The translations under genes were made by a program, and so were the position numbers. 64,000 nucleotides of DNA from Lama guanicoe (taxonomy: Eukaryota). The notes under the pieces are model-generated. The model was not told the DNA's origin and made no database searches. It saw only the letters and a program-made list of their open reading frames with translations. The stretch covers positions 7,522,831 to 7,586,830 of the forward strand of contig MU054830.1 in the NCBI GenBank assembly GCA_013239625.1, in the 5' to 3' direction. Position 1 is the first letter of the stretch; every line of letters begins with the position of its first letter. This document shows positions 37,900-50,610 of this stretch, one piece after another.

Positions 37900-38340
37900 C
37901 AGTAGGGGCATAGTGATCATCAGAGTGCACTGGGCTGTGGAGATCTGTGGTGGTGGCTAATCATGGTGTCCCTAGGAATGAAATAGATGAACAGTCCACT
38001 AGAGTATTGCTTGATCTATGTATAGTAGAAAAACTCTAGTTCTTGTACAAAAACCTGGCTTGCAAGGACCTGGGCCTTATGATTCAGCAGATCCAGTGAC
38101 AATGTGTGCATAGCAAATAGGGATGCTGTGTGGAGCTTCCAGCAAGTAGATCCCTAGGCTTTTGGAGCAGATCTGTGCTTTCTTCAGCAAATAATTATTC
38201 TTTTAATAAAGCTTCTGATTTGCTACTGTACCATGTACTCAACCATGGGACACCAGGTGACTAGGTGACTTGAGCGTCCCTTGATGAATTGCATGTTGTC
38301 TGACCCACGTAGCCACAAGGTTGGCTGTGTACAGCACCGC
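37900..38340 (+). mobile_element. ERVL internal relic: gag C-terminus joined to the RT-RNase H connection
   Basis: Gag-like DLW.WL.NHGVPRNEID...VLLDL (37940-38020), then pol-like LGPYDSADP, DAVWS, PLGFWS, TMGHQVT and LSDP.SHKVG..Q. Confidence 0.8.
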
Positions 38341-38419
38341 TTAGGGATGGGATTACCTCCCTCTAGGCTTCCCATAGCTCCTTTGTCATTGCCATTATTC
38401 ATATTGTGTTTAAGCTCTC

Positions 38420-38580
38420 TCTTTCTTTTCCTTTTTTCTTTCTTATTTTGGTGGGCAAGGCAGCGGGGGGGGGAGGTAATTAGGTTTATTTATTTATTTA
38501 TTTAATGGAGGCACTGGGGATTGAACCCAGGAACTTGAGCATGCTAAGCACGCGCTCTACGACTGAGCTAGACCCTCCCC
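38420..38580 (-). mobile_element. Camelid vic-1 type SINE, long form
   Basis: ggggaggtaattaggtttatttatt...tggaggcactggggattgaacccagg...ctgagcta...cccc. Confidence 0.9.
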
Positions 38581-38619
38581 TTCTCTTCATTTTTCTGTCT
38601 CCTCTCCACTCCCTGCCAA

Positions 38620-38725
38620 AATTATAAGTTATCTGGAGGCAGGAGCTGAGACTGATTTGTGCCTAGCCTGATGCCTGATGCAGAGAGGGTGTCTCAAAGA
38701 TTTGTTGAATGAATCAATTAGTGAA
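38620..38725 (+). mobile_element. L2 3' end
   Basis: gtgcctagc...gcctga...atttgttgaatgaat. Confidence 0.55.
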
Positions 38726-39965
38726 TAAAAGGAATAGAGTATACATTCAAAAGCTTCCTACTTTTTATTAGTTCACAAACCTAGTCAAGTTAGTAGTTTA
38801 CCTGTTACAAACCATTACAAACTCTATGTAGGAACTCACTTTTGTTCTAACAGAACACACTGTTCTTCAAAGACACAAATGACATTAATTGTTTTGCACA
38901 TGAACCTGGTGGAGTGCAAGAAGGAATACTATATTGGAAAACATTAAACAACCTAAAACAAAAAGCAGATTATTTCCAAACCACAAATTGCAAATTAAAG
39001 AAGAAAAATCCTCAGCCAACATTAAAACCTACTTTAAATACTACCAGCATTTTAAAGGAAGAGCACAACCAAATCTGGGGACCAAGCCTGTAGACTGAAG
39101 ACAAATGGTAAACTAAAGAACATTAGCCAAGAAAATGAAATGTGACGAAACCCACTTGGGCAATGAGTGAAAATGAAATAAACTCAAAAGTGTTAAAAAT
39201 GTCTGATTTCTACAAGGTTTTCCATTCGTTTTGGTTTTGGTTTTCCCTATAAGCTGATCTCAGAGATCCTTTCTTTGCAGAAACAGGCCACGGCTGTCAT
39301 TTTATCATGGTGTGTGTTTGTTCACATCCTACACAGGCACCAAATTATGAAGAAAGGAGGTCCTCGCTGGATGTCAGGGACGGGCTGGATATGCTTTTAA
39401 ACTACATAATGATAAACAAGACCAGATAGAAAGATGACTTCAAAACTGGATTCTTCCCAATGTACATCCTCAAAAAGAAATGCTGAACTTCCTTCTCCTT
39501 TGCTCTCTGCTTTTGCAAATATTACACTTTTACATCTATCTCAGTTCCCCCAATGTCCTTGAAGCGTCCCCCAGAAATCCAGCAATTTCGTCACTTCTGA
39601 CCTCCCTGAGAGCTTTAGAATCAGACTATTCAATTATTCATATTTTGTGTTATAGTTATCTAGCTAATTATGTTTTTGTGTGTAAATATTGTCTGCCTAA
39701 TCAGATTATTCCCTCTGCCAAGAACAGTATCATTGACTTAAAAAATATTTCTGACAGTTATTAGCACAGTGTAAGAGTACACAGCAAGCACTCAGTAAAC
39801 ATTACCATTAAACTGAATTAAACTAAACAAAAGACAGTTTATGACATTATTTTCCCTTTGCAAAATTTTTGATGGATACAAGAAACAGAACATGACCATC
39901 TTCAAGTGTCATTGTATATAACAAATAGTTTGTTTTCAGTATTATAAAAGGGCATTATGCCACAC

Positions 39966-40123
39966 TAGTCATTTTCAATCTTGGATACACATTTGAAATG
40001 AGTGGGGTTTTTAAAAATGCAGATGCCAAGGTTGCATTCTAGACCGATTGAACCAGAAGACACAAGGGAGCATAAAGTGATCCTCAAGTGATTTTAATAC
40101 GCAGCCAGGGTTGAAAAGCACTG
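39966..40123. mobile_element. MER5B-like hAT element
   Basis: ttttcaatcttggatacacatt...tttaaaaatgcagatgcc...gcagccagggttgaaaagcactg. Confidence 0.7.
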
Positions 40124-40667
40124 TGCAATTGTATCAATCAATGAATCAGTCAGTCAACAGTGCTAATCTATTAAGGTGTCCATGGAAACTGCTCTGGTGG
40201 GCTTGTACTAGCTGCCTTTTGTAAGTGTGCCATGCTGTTCATGAATTTTTAGGCCTCTCAAATATCTCAGTATTCCCTTCCTTGGTGTGTAGGCATTTTT
40301 CTTTCATTCATCCATTTATAATAAGCAATATAAGTAACTTTTAAATAGAAAGTAAAACGGCACAAACAAAATTCAAGAAGTTTAGGGAGTTTAGTGAGAA
40401 CAGAAGTTTAGGTTGATTCTGTACACTTACAGGAAAAAAGAGGATTGAATTACTTTGCTAGAAAAAGCAAACCCCAAATCATCTTGATTTGAAACCCACG
40501 TCAGTTTTAATATCTAAAATATCTAGTTATTTCTCAAGAATGAGAATTTGTTCTTTTTTTTTTTTTAAATTAGTTCTTAATGATTTGGATAACTGCATGA
40601 ATTCCTAGTTTTGCTTGCCATTGCAGGGACAGTATTGTATTTTGTTGCTTTGTTCTTATTTTAAAAT

Positions 40668-40900
40668 CATTTATTGAGATCTTACTACATTCCAGACTCT
40701 GCTTATTTACATATATTCTCATTTAATTATCAGACTATCCATTTGAGACATGTGTTGGTATAGCACCTGTTTTATACACAAGGAAACTGAGGCTCAAGAA
40801 GATAAGAAACTTATGCAGGGTCACACAGGTACTGAGAAACAAAGGCAAGATTCAAACCCAGGTGGGTGCAGGTCCAAAGCTCTTAACCTTTGCACTGTGC
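40668..40900 (-). mobile_element. MIR SINE
   Basis: catttattgag...aggaaactgaggctcaag...gggtcacacag...gattcaaacccagg. Confidence 0.8.
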
Positions 40901-41259
40901 TCCAGAAATAACTTCTGCCACCTGGTGCTGCTTAACAAGTACTGAATTAAATGCTTAACCTGAAATCCAAGGGCGATGGGAAAGAAAGAAATTGTAGGAG
41001 TTTCTTCCTCATTTAAGTTCAACTGTAAGTCACTTGTGAATTTATGTCTACTGTAATTGTGTTTGTGACTTTCCACTAGAACGTGTTTTGCATGATCTTG
41101 TAAGATTTCAAAGAAAATTCATGGTTTTTTCCCCCTCAGTATTAAGAGATGGGGAAAAGCAGCAATGGGCTTTAATGTACAGTTTATTTATAAGGAAATT
41201 ATAGAACATATTAACACAACTGGTCTATGTTTAAATCCAGTGAAAGTTCAACTGCTGGT

Positions 41260-41650
41260 TCGTGAATATGCTGTGCTATTTCATGCCTCTGTGAGTGTGC
41301 ACATGCTGTTTGCTCTCCCAGGCTCTGTGCCCTCCCTCTTCTTGGTCATATCTACTTGTCAAATTCCAGCCAATCCTCCAGCATGCTTAAGCATCTTTCC
41401 CCTCATTGAACTCTTTTCACTACTGCCCCCAGGGGCCTAAATAACATTTTTCCTTTGTCTCCCTAATTCCGGCTAGGCCTTATAACTTTCTTTGTTACAG
41501 TTTCTACAGTTCTCATGGCAATTCTTTCTCATGTGACTCTTTTATGAGGTGGGAAGCTTCTTTGGGCAGAACTGCTCTTGATTCCCAATCCCCAGTGCCT
41601 AGTACATGGTGTGTGCTCAGGACATGATTGACTGAATTTTTGAATGAATT
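41260..41650 (+). mobile_element. L2 3' end
   Basis: cacatgctgtttgctct...cccagtgcctagtacatgg...tgaatgaat. Confidence 0.7.
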
Positions 41651-44600
41651 ATGATTTAGACAAATTGGAATTGGCCTGAAAAACATGCTATGAAAGTTGA
41701 GCAAAGCTTTCATCCATTTCTGATTAGAGTTTTATCCTATTTGGAAAACTATCACCCCCTCACCAACCTCTTTTTTAAGGAAAATATAGATATACATACA
41801 CAATAAATACATTTACTGTTGAACAAAGATAAAGCCTCCTCTGAAAACAGTTACTTGATTTACAGGGTCATATACAAATGGGTGTGTATGAATATAAGTC
41901 TTGGTGTCGTGTCATCTCAGCTTATCTCTTTTGAAATTTTAATATTTTGTGTAATATTAAAATGTAATAAACCAAGACATTCTTACATCAATGTTTGCTC
42001 TGGTACATAAGATTGGTTCATTCCGACATTCATTTGTGTGATTACTGTGACTAAAATAACCAATTTGGGAGAGAATCTGTACATACGGGGTGTGGGTGTT
42101 TGTTAACGTGGGAAACAGCGTCCGAATCCAGCCTGCTCAGAGCTTTCCCTTGAAACAGATGTGCTCTCTCACACCAAGGAAGATATCTCGGGCAACGTCT
42201 CTTGGGTACACTAGGTCAGGTCCCATCTGCCTGGCACCATGTGGGTCTTCAACCCCGAAGGGCATGTTAATATAGTCTGGCAACTTGATTGTTTACGTAG
42301 AAGCCTAAGGAGCATTAGTTACCTTCTTTTGGGTTGAAATGGTAAAACTCAAACAGTATTTCTCAGTCTACAGAATATAATGCATCTTGATGACACACTG
42401 ATTGCTTTCTCTCAGTATTTTCTGGCCTTAAAGTGACTATATGGAAATTCATTCAATGTCTTGAGATCTTTCCAGTTTGCTTGAATTCTGGCTTCTTAAC
42501 TTGTTAAGTCATATTCCATCTTTTTATATAACCCAGAAGAGAGGAGTTAAAAATAACTCATCACTTAGATTTATGAGTCCTAAAAAACATTTAAGTTATA
42601 TACAATCATATGATTTCAAAATTTAAGAAGCTGTACAAGAGACATGAAATGGCCAGTTAAGGTTTAGTCATATAAAAACTTTATTTGGTGTGATTTATCA
42701 TAATTACTTGCTCATAACAGTTGAATTCTCTGCATAGATTTAGTTTTGACTTTAAGCCCCATCCCTCGTTTTCTAACTTTGCTTGAAGGAGGAACTGGAA
42801 CACACAGTGAATATAATCTGGGGCCTTTTGTTCTCAAAGGTTGGTCCATATGTTTGTTTATTTTTTATTTTCATTATGATGTTTGGAGTCTGTTGTGAAT
42901 GTGAGCCCCTGCATTTGTCTTGGTGATTTCTAGAAATTTTAGGAACTTTGACCAATTCAGTGGTTCTGCTTCCAAACATTTATTTGCTAGCTGATCAATT
43001 GGATATTGGAATTCTCACAAATAAGTAAAAATGACACACTCTTAATTTGTGACTCAGAAAGTTTGTGAGCTCTGCCAGTCTTGGTGGAGCCAAATATTAC
43101 AATTCTAGGAACTGTGTGGGAGTTCTGAGTTTATCCCAACGTACTCTGGATCCCTCACTCAAATCTCTTACGTGCTGGAGTTTGTGTGAAAAGGAATCTT
43201 ATATTTTAATCTGCCCCATGAACTGTTTCTTACTTATAAAATACTTTATACATTGTTTATTTAATTGAGGTGGAAAGATGGAGATATTTTCCTAGAAAGG
43301 TATTAAATTGTTTCCTTATAAGTCCAAGTATAATAATGAGAGTTTTATGAGTTATCCTCACATTTGGCTGATCATGAATCTGAGTTTTGTGGGTAAAATA
43401 AAAGCACATAACAAATTAGTGATTTCTCCTAACGTGTTAACTCCATCATATTGCTTAATTTGAACTTCACACACTTGAGAGGGTGATGAAACCACTACTG
43501 GCTCTTCTTGATTTCTACACTATAAGATTTCTTCCTGTGTTGCACACTCTCTGTATTCTATGTATTTGGAATGTTAAGATAAACTGACTATAAAAATAAT
43601 TCCAATCTAAGTACGTAGGATGAGAAATTTGGAGAGCAGTAGAGGGGAGTTATAACTGCTTTGAGTGTAGTAAGGTTCCAGACACCCAAGGGGTAATCTG
43701 CTTTAGTCTTCAGTACACTGGCTAAGATTGTTTCATGTGGTGCCCTAGTGCAGATATTTTGACATATATTTATTTTTTTCCTACTACTGTCTGATCAGTT
43801 GGGTGCTGGAACTTGCTCAAGAACTTAGAAACAGAAAATAAGATTAACTCTGTTACAGAGTTGAATTATAGAATTAACACATTAGTGGGAAAGTACAGTT
43901 TATCAAATACTTGAACACCTTGAGGCCTATAAGACATATATATCTCCTAAAACTAGTAAGTTAACTTAGCAAGTACATAGGACATAAAGACAATATATAA
44001 AAATAAGTTACATGTCTGAACATTAGCAATAAATAGTTGCAGATTTTAAGAGTTGGTAGACTTATCCAGGATGCTTCACTCAGCTCTGGAGTTTTTCCAA
44101 AGTATGATGTGAGCAGGAGAGAAGGACTGAATGCTTTCTGGAAGCATGTTCTTGAGCTGACTTTCAGAGTGGTATGTTCTTGAGCAGTTGGTCCTTGATT
44201 CATGTAAGTGGAGGAATGGACAAAGTGATTGGGTACATGGGACATCACTAAACAAACTAGTAAAGTTGTCTGTTGAGCTTTATCTGATTACCGTGTTTTT
44301 GGTGCAATATGCCTGGAGGGCGGTATTCTTATATTCATAGTCATTTAATTTTGTTTGTGCTTCTCAGATTAATAAAATCTCGTGTGTCATTTTGAGCATG
44401 ATTGTGTCCTTAAGTCCTGTGTGGAGGTAGAAACTCTGTCAAAGAAAAGCATATAGACAGTGGGATGGAGAGGGATGTTCTTTTAGAAGGGAAAATTTTT
44501 CATTTAAAATTGTTGCAGTGTGATACGGAACTATTTTATATATTTGTCGATGTTGACATACTCTTAAGGAGCTTTAAAATTACTCTTCTGGTCACCTGGA

Positions 44601-45679
44601 TTCAGTACTTGTGATTTTGCCATAGAGAAACAGAAAACCTCTAGTCTGTTGTGTCTTCCAAAGGCTTTCTGCCCAAACCTTAGGACATAGTAGGCATGTC
44701 ATAGGAAATGTCATTCCCTGAATAATAGGCATAGAGAATGCCAGGGATCTCATAGGCCTGATCTGGGTTTGAATGTAGAAACAAACAAGGCAGTAGTTCA
44801 TTTTTATACCTTTTAATTACTTTGTGTGAGCTGAGTGTTCAAGAACATGTGTGGTGTGAACAATGTGGGTCACATTAACTGTGACCTATTTTCTACTTAA
44901 TAGTAAGTACATTATATAGAGTCTTTGCAAAGAATTCTTGCATGTGTTTATTCCACTAACACATTCTTCCTTATTTTACCCTCACAATGATTTTGTAAGG
45001 CATGTGGAGATCTGCTTTTTGAGATAGTGAAAGAAGCCTGGATTAAGAATCAGATCTAGATTCTAGCAATCTATGGCCTCAATTTCCTCAAGTTTAAAAT
45101 AAGATGCTTCTAAAACTCTCATTATTTCTACTATATATAAAGATAAACTCATAAAACACAGAGAGTTATTTCTTAAGATCACACTTTTCCATGTAGTTAG
45201 GACTGGCTCTAAGCTTACAGCACTGATCTCAAAAATTTAGAGACAACATGCTTGGAATGTCAGATACTAACAATGTTTGGAAATAGATAGTTGTGATAGT
45301 CAACGTTTAATGTTTGAGACTGGCTCTCCTATGTGACCATTTAAACATCAAGTCTTCACTGAGGAGTACAGACCTGGAAAGCAATCTCTTCAGTTATATT
45401 GTCTACTGAAGACTGATGAAGTGTTGAATTATTTGTAGGAAACTGTCAAGGTTTTAAGCATAGTCTAAGGGAGAGGACACTGTGGCCATCGGTACTTGTG
45501 CCAGATAATGGTCTAGAGTGGAGCTGCCTGCATAATGTTAGAATTAATAGGTGGTCCTGTTGACTAGAAATATTTAATCCCCTTGCTTTTTGTCTTTGTT
45601 TGCCATCTAAACTTCTGATACCAACTCGGTCTTTCATGCAGACTCACTTATGCAGTGAGCAAAACTTTTCTGAGTCTGT

Positions 45680-46140
45680 CAAATGCTGGGTCTGTATATC
45701 CAGAGTTGAGAAATGTGGTCTCCATCCTTGTCCCTGTGGGGTTCATGGTCTATTTGGGGTCAGGAGGGGAAGATAAACCAAACATGTAAAAAAAATTATT
45801 TTAGAGTGGGATACCTTCTATAAACAGAGATATAAACAGATTGAGATGGGAGCAACCAACTCTTCTGAGCCCAGGTTTAAGTGGAAAAGAAGGAATCAAA
45901 ATTTGTCACATAGGAGGCAATTCTCAATCCAAATCTTACGATCTGAGGAGAGAAGGGAGAAGAATTTTCTAAGTGATATCATTTGTTAAGACATGGAGGC
46001 ATGAGAAGGCATGACGGCATGAGAAGGCATGGCTTAGTGAGGAAAAAATGGCAAGTTTTTGTCATTGGAGCTTGGTTTTGGCCAGATATGGGAGAAAGAA
46101 GGGTTAAACTGGAGTCAAACTGACATCAGAGGTTGAGGTT
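45680..46140 (-). mobile_element. L2 fragment
   Basis: Antisense L2 (tggtctccatcctt...ttcatggtcta...aagacatggaggcatgagaaggcatg). Confidence 0.5.
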
Positions 46141-48909
46141 CTAATTTCTAGGCCAAGGGTTTTCTGCACCAAGTGATGACGCAACAGAGGGAGAAGAGTT
46201 TGCTACGTCTAACCAGTAGGGGAATTCTGGTTCTCTTGGAAATTATCTTTTGACTACAGAGTAGAATATTTTGGTTTTCAGTGTAGCCTTTCTTTTGGGC
46301 CAGTAGACCCACAGAATTCCAGGTTCATTGCCAACTAACCTGATTTATCAGTGCAAATAGGTAAAGCAGTATTCTAGTTTACCATTCAGTCTATTTTAAG
46401 TCTTGTTACTTTCAGTCTCCTCTGTGCCCGAGCAGTTCTGGATAATTCTAGAAAATTCTATTTTCTGGATCTGCAGAATGGAATACCATTCTGTGGATCC
46501 CTTTGTGATGTTTCCTCCATCCTTAATCAGCTTATCGCCAACTCTCAGTTGGCAGCTGATTTAGGTTAAACTCCAGATCCTCTTAGTCCTAACTGATCGC
46601 TTATGGAGATCATGCTACCTCTAATCACCTCTAATTTCAAAAGCCCGTATAAACTAGACTTCAGTTTCTTTCTCATGAGAATCAAATACTTGGGATAGCA
46701 CGGTGATCATGAGAATTAGGACACTGCTGCTGTTTGTTGCCTTGCCTTTAAACCTCTGTCAATCGAAATGGACTTTATTAACCTTTGTGTCTTGTTCATG
46801 TAGTAGCTCAGGAACTGTTCACTGAATGATGACTTCACAATCATATTTCTCCTATAAATAATCTTTGGGTTGCATCTGGAATCTGACTCTTGCTATTTTG
46901 CATTATCTATTAATATGAAATTGATTTTAATTAATCCAACTTTCTTGGAGAATTTCCTTAAGAAGAGGCTTGTTATATCAGAGTTATGAAAGGCTAAAAT
47001 TTAGAGAACAGAACTTAAGGCAGTGAGTCACTACTGCAGATACAAGCTTGGGGTTTATAACCACAGTCAATGGCTAGAACCATTTATAATTACAGGGAAT
47101 GTTATTTGTTCATCAGAGTATTCCAGCTTGCAGATTTTTCCTCTCAGTAGCCTAACTTTTATTTGATGTTAATGTACCAGATCTAAAGATGACTAGATAC
47201 ATAAATGAGTAGGTTTATATTTTCCTCAAATCATGTAATTGGACAATGATGTCTATGAAATAGAAAAATGTTCTGAATGTATTGTTAGGAGAAAAGTTAT
47301 TAACTTCAGGGTTCTAATAGACTATCTAGATTGGAAAATGTCTTTCCTTCTTGGGAAGGTAACCTCCTTGCCTCAGCCTCTCTGTTAGCACTGATGGTGT
47401 CTCATTAGCTGCTAAAAAGCAGCAATAAATAATGCTTACATCATGGGATCTACATTCGGTTTTAAAAAGACCATATAGTAATAAGTGATAATTATTTTAA
47501 ACACTACTCAAGGGAAAACAAACTTCCAGAGAATACATTTTCAATATGCCAAGCTGATGAATAAAAGGAGCATTTTACATCATTTTAACTTTCCTTACCT
47601 TAGGGCGATAATAAATTATGGTGCTTGTCTGAGAAATATGACATAATTTTTATTTTATTACATGCATATTGAGTGTAAAACTTTCCTATATTTTTAATGG
47701 TTTCTGAAGCATGATTCAGGAATTTTTTTTTAAATGTCCTGGGTGTTCTCAAACTTTTTAATCAATTAAAAAAAAATCTAAACTGAGAAGATTTCTTCAT
47801 CTCATCTTTACTTCTTTTGCCTCTAGAGATTTAGTTGCCTTATGAAGACTAACATTTGTTTAAGCTCTTTGTTTCTGAACTCTTTAATTCCTTTACATTT
47901 CAGTACATGTGTGTTCTTGGGGCAAGGGCTGGGGAGTGTGGGCAGTAAGGAGAGGGTGTGGAGAAAATCACTTAGAAATGCCTGTTACCCTTTCAAAGGA
48001 ACATCTCCAGACTCTCTGTTTATTCTTACGGTAAGTGGTTTTACTAACTGCTGGGTAGTATAATTTCCCTGAAATTTTCCCTGGATTTTAATGACTTAAA
48101 GAGTTATTCAAAATTTCCTCCAGAACACTAAATGGAAGGGCGTGTGGTCTAGTCTGGAGTCTCCCCACTGTTTTTGTGGACAGATCACACCTCTAGATTT
48201 AGCAGGCCACCCTAGAGAAAATGTCCTTCCTTCATTGAAGAACCAGAGAGCACTCTTCTCCCTTTTGCTTCCCTTACCCTCTACTTTATTATTTGAGGTA
48301 ATTACTTATTGTATTTGGTGTCCAGTCACTTTCATCTCTGCCCCCCTCCATGTCCTCTTTGCTGTGCCCTCATTTCCTTAAGCAAATGTAGCACAGCCTC
48401 CAGACAGGTGTTCCTTGTTGCACTGTGGCACGCTCTCTCTGTAACGCCTCCTCATCCTGTCCGTCCCAAACTTTCCTACCCTCATTACAATTTGTCTTCT
48501 CTTTGTCTCAGGTGCTATTTAAAGTCTAAAGAATTTTTCAGTGTGAACCATGTATATTCCTCATAGACAGATTTGCCTTTTAATTAAGGATGTGCCTGGC
48601 ATTTGTCTAGGTGTTGGATGCTGGTGATGGTGGGTATGGTTTGACCCAAAGAAAAATAAAAATGCTCCTCTAGTTTTCAAGGAGCTCATGGCCTTAGAAG
48701 GGGAACAAACCTCAAGATCGAGCTATGAGAGGAGTTCCCAATTCCTGTCCTCCAGGAAGTGAGTAGGAAGGATAATTTGGTTCAAGCCTTAAAGTGGAAG
48801 TACTTGAATGAGGGAACATAGACCAGGTAGCTATTCTGGGAAAGAAGTGGAAGGAAGAAGGATGGCACATGGCTAGCTCCAGAATCAAGGAAAGAAGGGG
48901 CATAAGCCT

Positions 48910-48925
48910 TTGTTGTTGTTGTTGT
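48910..48925. repeat. (TTG)n microsatellite
   Basis: Read directly; it accounts for the poly-Q and poly-C runs in the overlapping chance ORFs. Confidence 0.85.
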
Positions 48926-49966
48926 TTTTCAATCCCAGAGATTGAAAAGGACAATAATCAGATTTTTGAGGTGATCTTTGGGATTAGAAAGAAATATGTG
49001 GTTGTGGGTGTGGAAGAGATGGGCATCTGTACCAGTCTGGGCATGGAGCCTGTGGGCAGTGGGGACTTTGGAAGGGACTGGCTGAGTATGTGCCCGGCAG
49101 GTCTGGCAGCCTGGGTGGAGTGTGGTGCCGGGAAAGCAGTGCTGCTGGCATTTCCCCTCTTTCCAAGGGCTGCTAACCTACGGCACTTTTTGCATGCTTT
49201 GGGTTGGAAGTTAGATGATCCTCCTAGTCAGTTTATTTAAACCTTCCGGGGTTCTCAGATGATGTAGGGGAAGGAGAAGTAGAAGCAAAGCTGGTATAAG
49301 ATTTTTGAGTTAGTTTTAATTATATTTGGTGAAATAAGAGACAGGAATTCATTAGTAACCAGTGTTATATGCATTTCAAACCAATTCCATTTTATACATT
49401 GGAATTAAGGTTGTGATTTGTTCAGTGTTACATGTCTAATAAGTCACAATGCTGAGATTTCAGTAGCTATAACTGGATATCTTAGGCAGTCTCATTTCTT
49501 ATCCATTACTTTCCTTCTTTTTGAAGTTCTCCCCATTTCTTTGCATCCTTATCTCATTATTGTCTTCCATATGGTTTTAGAAATCTTTTCTTGTTTGTGA
49601 CAAAAACCCAACTTGAACATGCTTAAGCAAAACAAAAGTTGCTACATGGAGTTTGCTATGTGAATGTGGGGGTTACTTTACATATTCTGAGGATAAGAAT
49701 ATGGCTAAACCTCAGGAACATTGTCCCAATAATCTGTGTCCAGGTAGACTCATGCTGTGACAACATGGTGGCTCCACACTGCAGATGAAGTCTGGGCTGG
49801 TGCAGCTGAGGTGACAGTTCCCAGACAAGGTATCCTCTTTGGCAGACAAAAAAAATGTTTACCAAGGTTAATAATTTTGAATTTATTATAATATATACCT
49901 CACATACAAAATAATTCAATGAAGCTAATAATAACAACGACAATAATAATATTTTATAAGATTATA

Positions 49967-50452
49967 CAGATCTTCCTTGACNNNNNNNNNNNNNNNNNNN
50001 NNNNNNNNNNNNNNNNNNNNNNNNNNNNNNNNNNNNNNNNNNNNNNNNNNNNNNNNNNNNNNNNNNNNNNNNNNNNNNNNNNNNNNNNNNNNNNNNNNNN
50101 NNNNNNNNNNNNNNNNNNNNNNNNNNNNNNNNNNNNNNNNNNNNNNNNNNNNNNNNNNNNNNNNNNNNNGACTCTCTCATGTAATTTACCAAATACTGTA
50201 CAGAAAGTGAAGAACAGAATGGTTTTATGGATCCAAAACGGTTCTAAGTCCATCAGTTTTTTTATCCTTATGATTGGGTGGCTAACTGGGAGCTTCAGCA
50301 TCATGAGAGAATATCATAATGCACGTTGCTAGTCCAGGAAAAAATCAAAATTCAAAATTTGTAGTGCAGTTTCTACGGAATGTGTATTGCTTTGGCACCA
50401 TCATAAAGTAAAAAAATTGTAAGTTGAACCACCATAAGTCAGGGACCATCTG
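49967..50452. mobile_element. Tigger5/MER47-type TcMar DNA transposon spanning the second gap
   Basis: TA|CAGATCTTCCTTGAC at the left end and ataagtcagggaccatCTG|TA at the right end. Internal ctcatgtaattta...gaaagtgaagaacagaatgg and ttcaaaatttgtagtgcagtttcta match MER47. Confidence 0.85.
49982..50169. other. Assembly gap (188 N)
   Basis: Run of N. Confidence 1.
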
Positions 50453-50459
50453 TATACAT

Positions 50460-50610
50460 TACAGGATCTAATTCCAAATCTCAACTATTTGATGCAGTCA
50501 AGTGGCAGGTGTGTTTGTTCCCATTTTACAGATGAGGAAAGCAGTTTGTAGAGAGGTTAGCATTTGCTCAAGGACTCACAGCTGGAGATGGAACTCAAGC
50601 CTTTTCCACC
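50460..50610 (-). mobile_element. MIR SINE
   Basis: cccattttacagatgaggaaa...ttgctcaaggactcacagct. Confidence 0.7.

Noticed and set aside
49919-50332. ORFs containing X runs
   Set aside because: Artefacts of the second N gap inside a DNA transposon.
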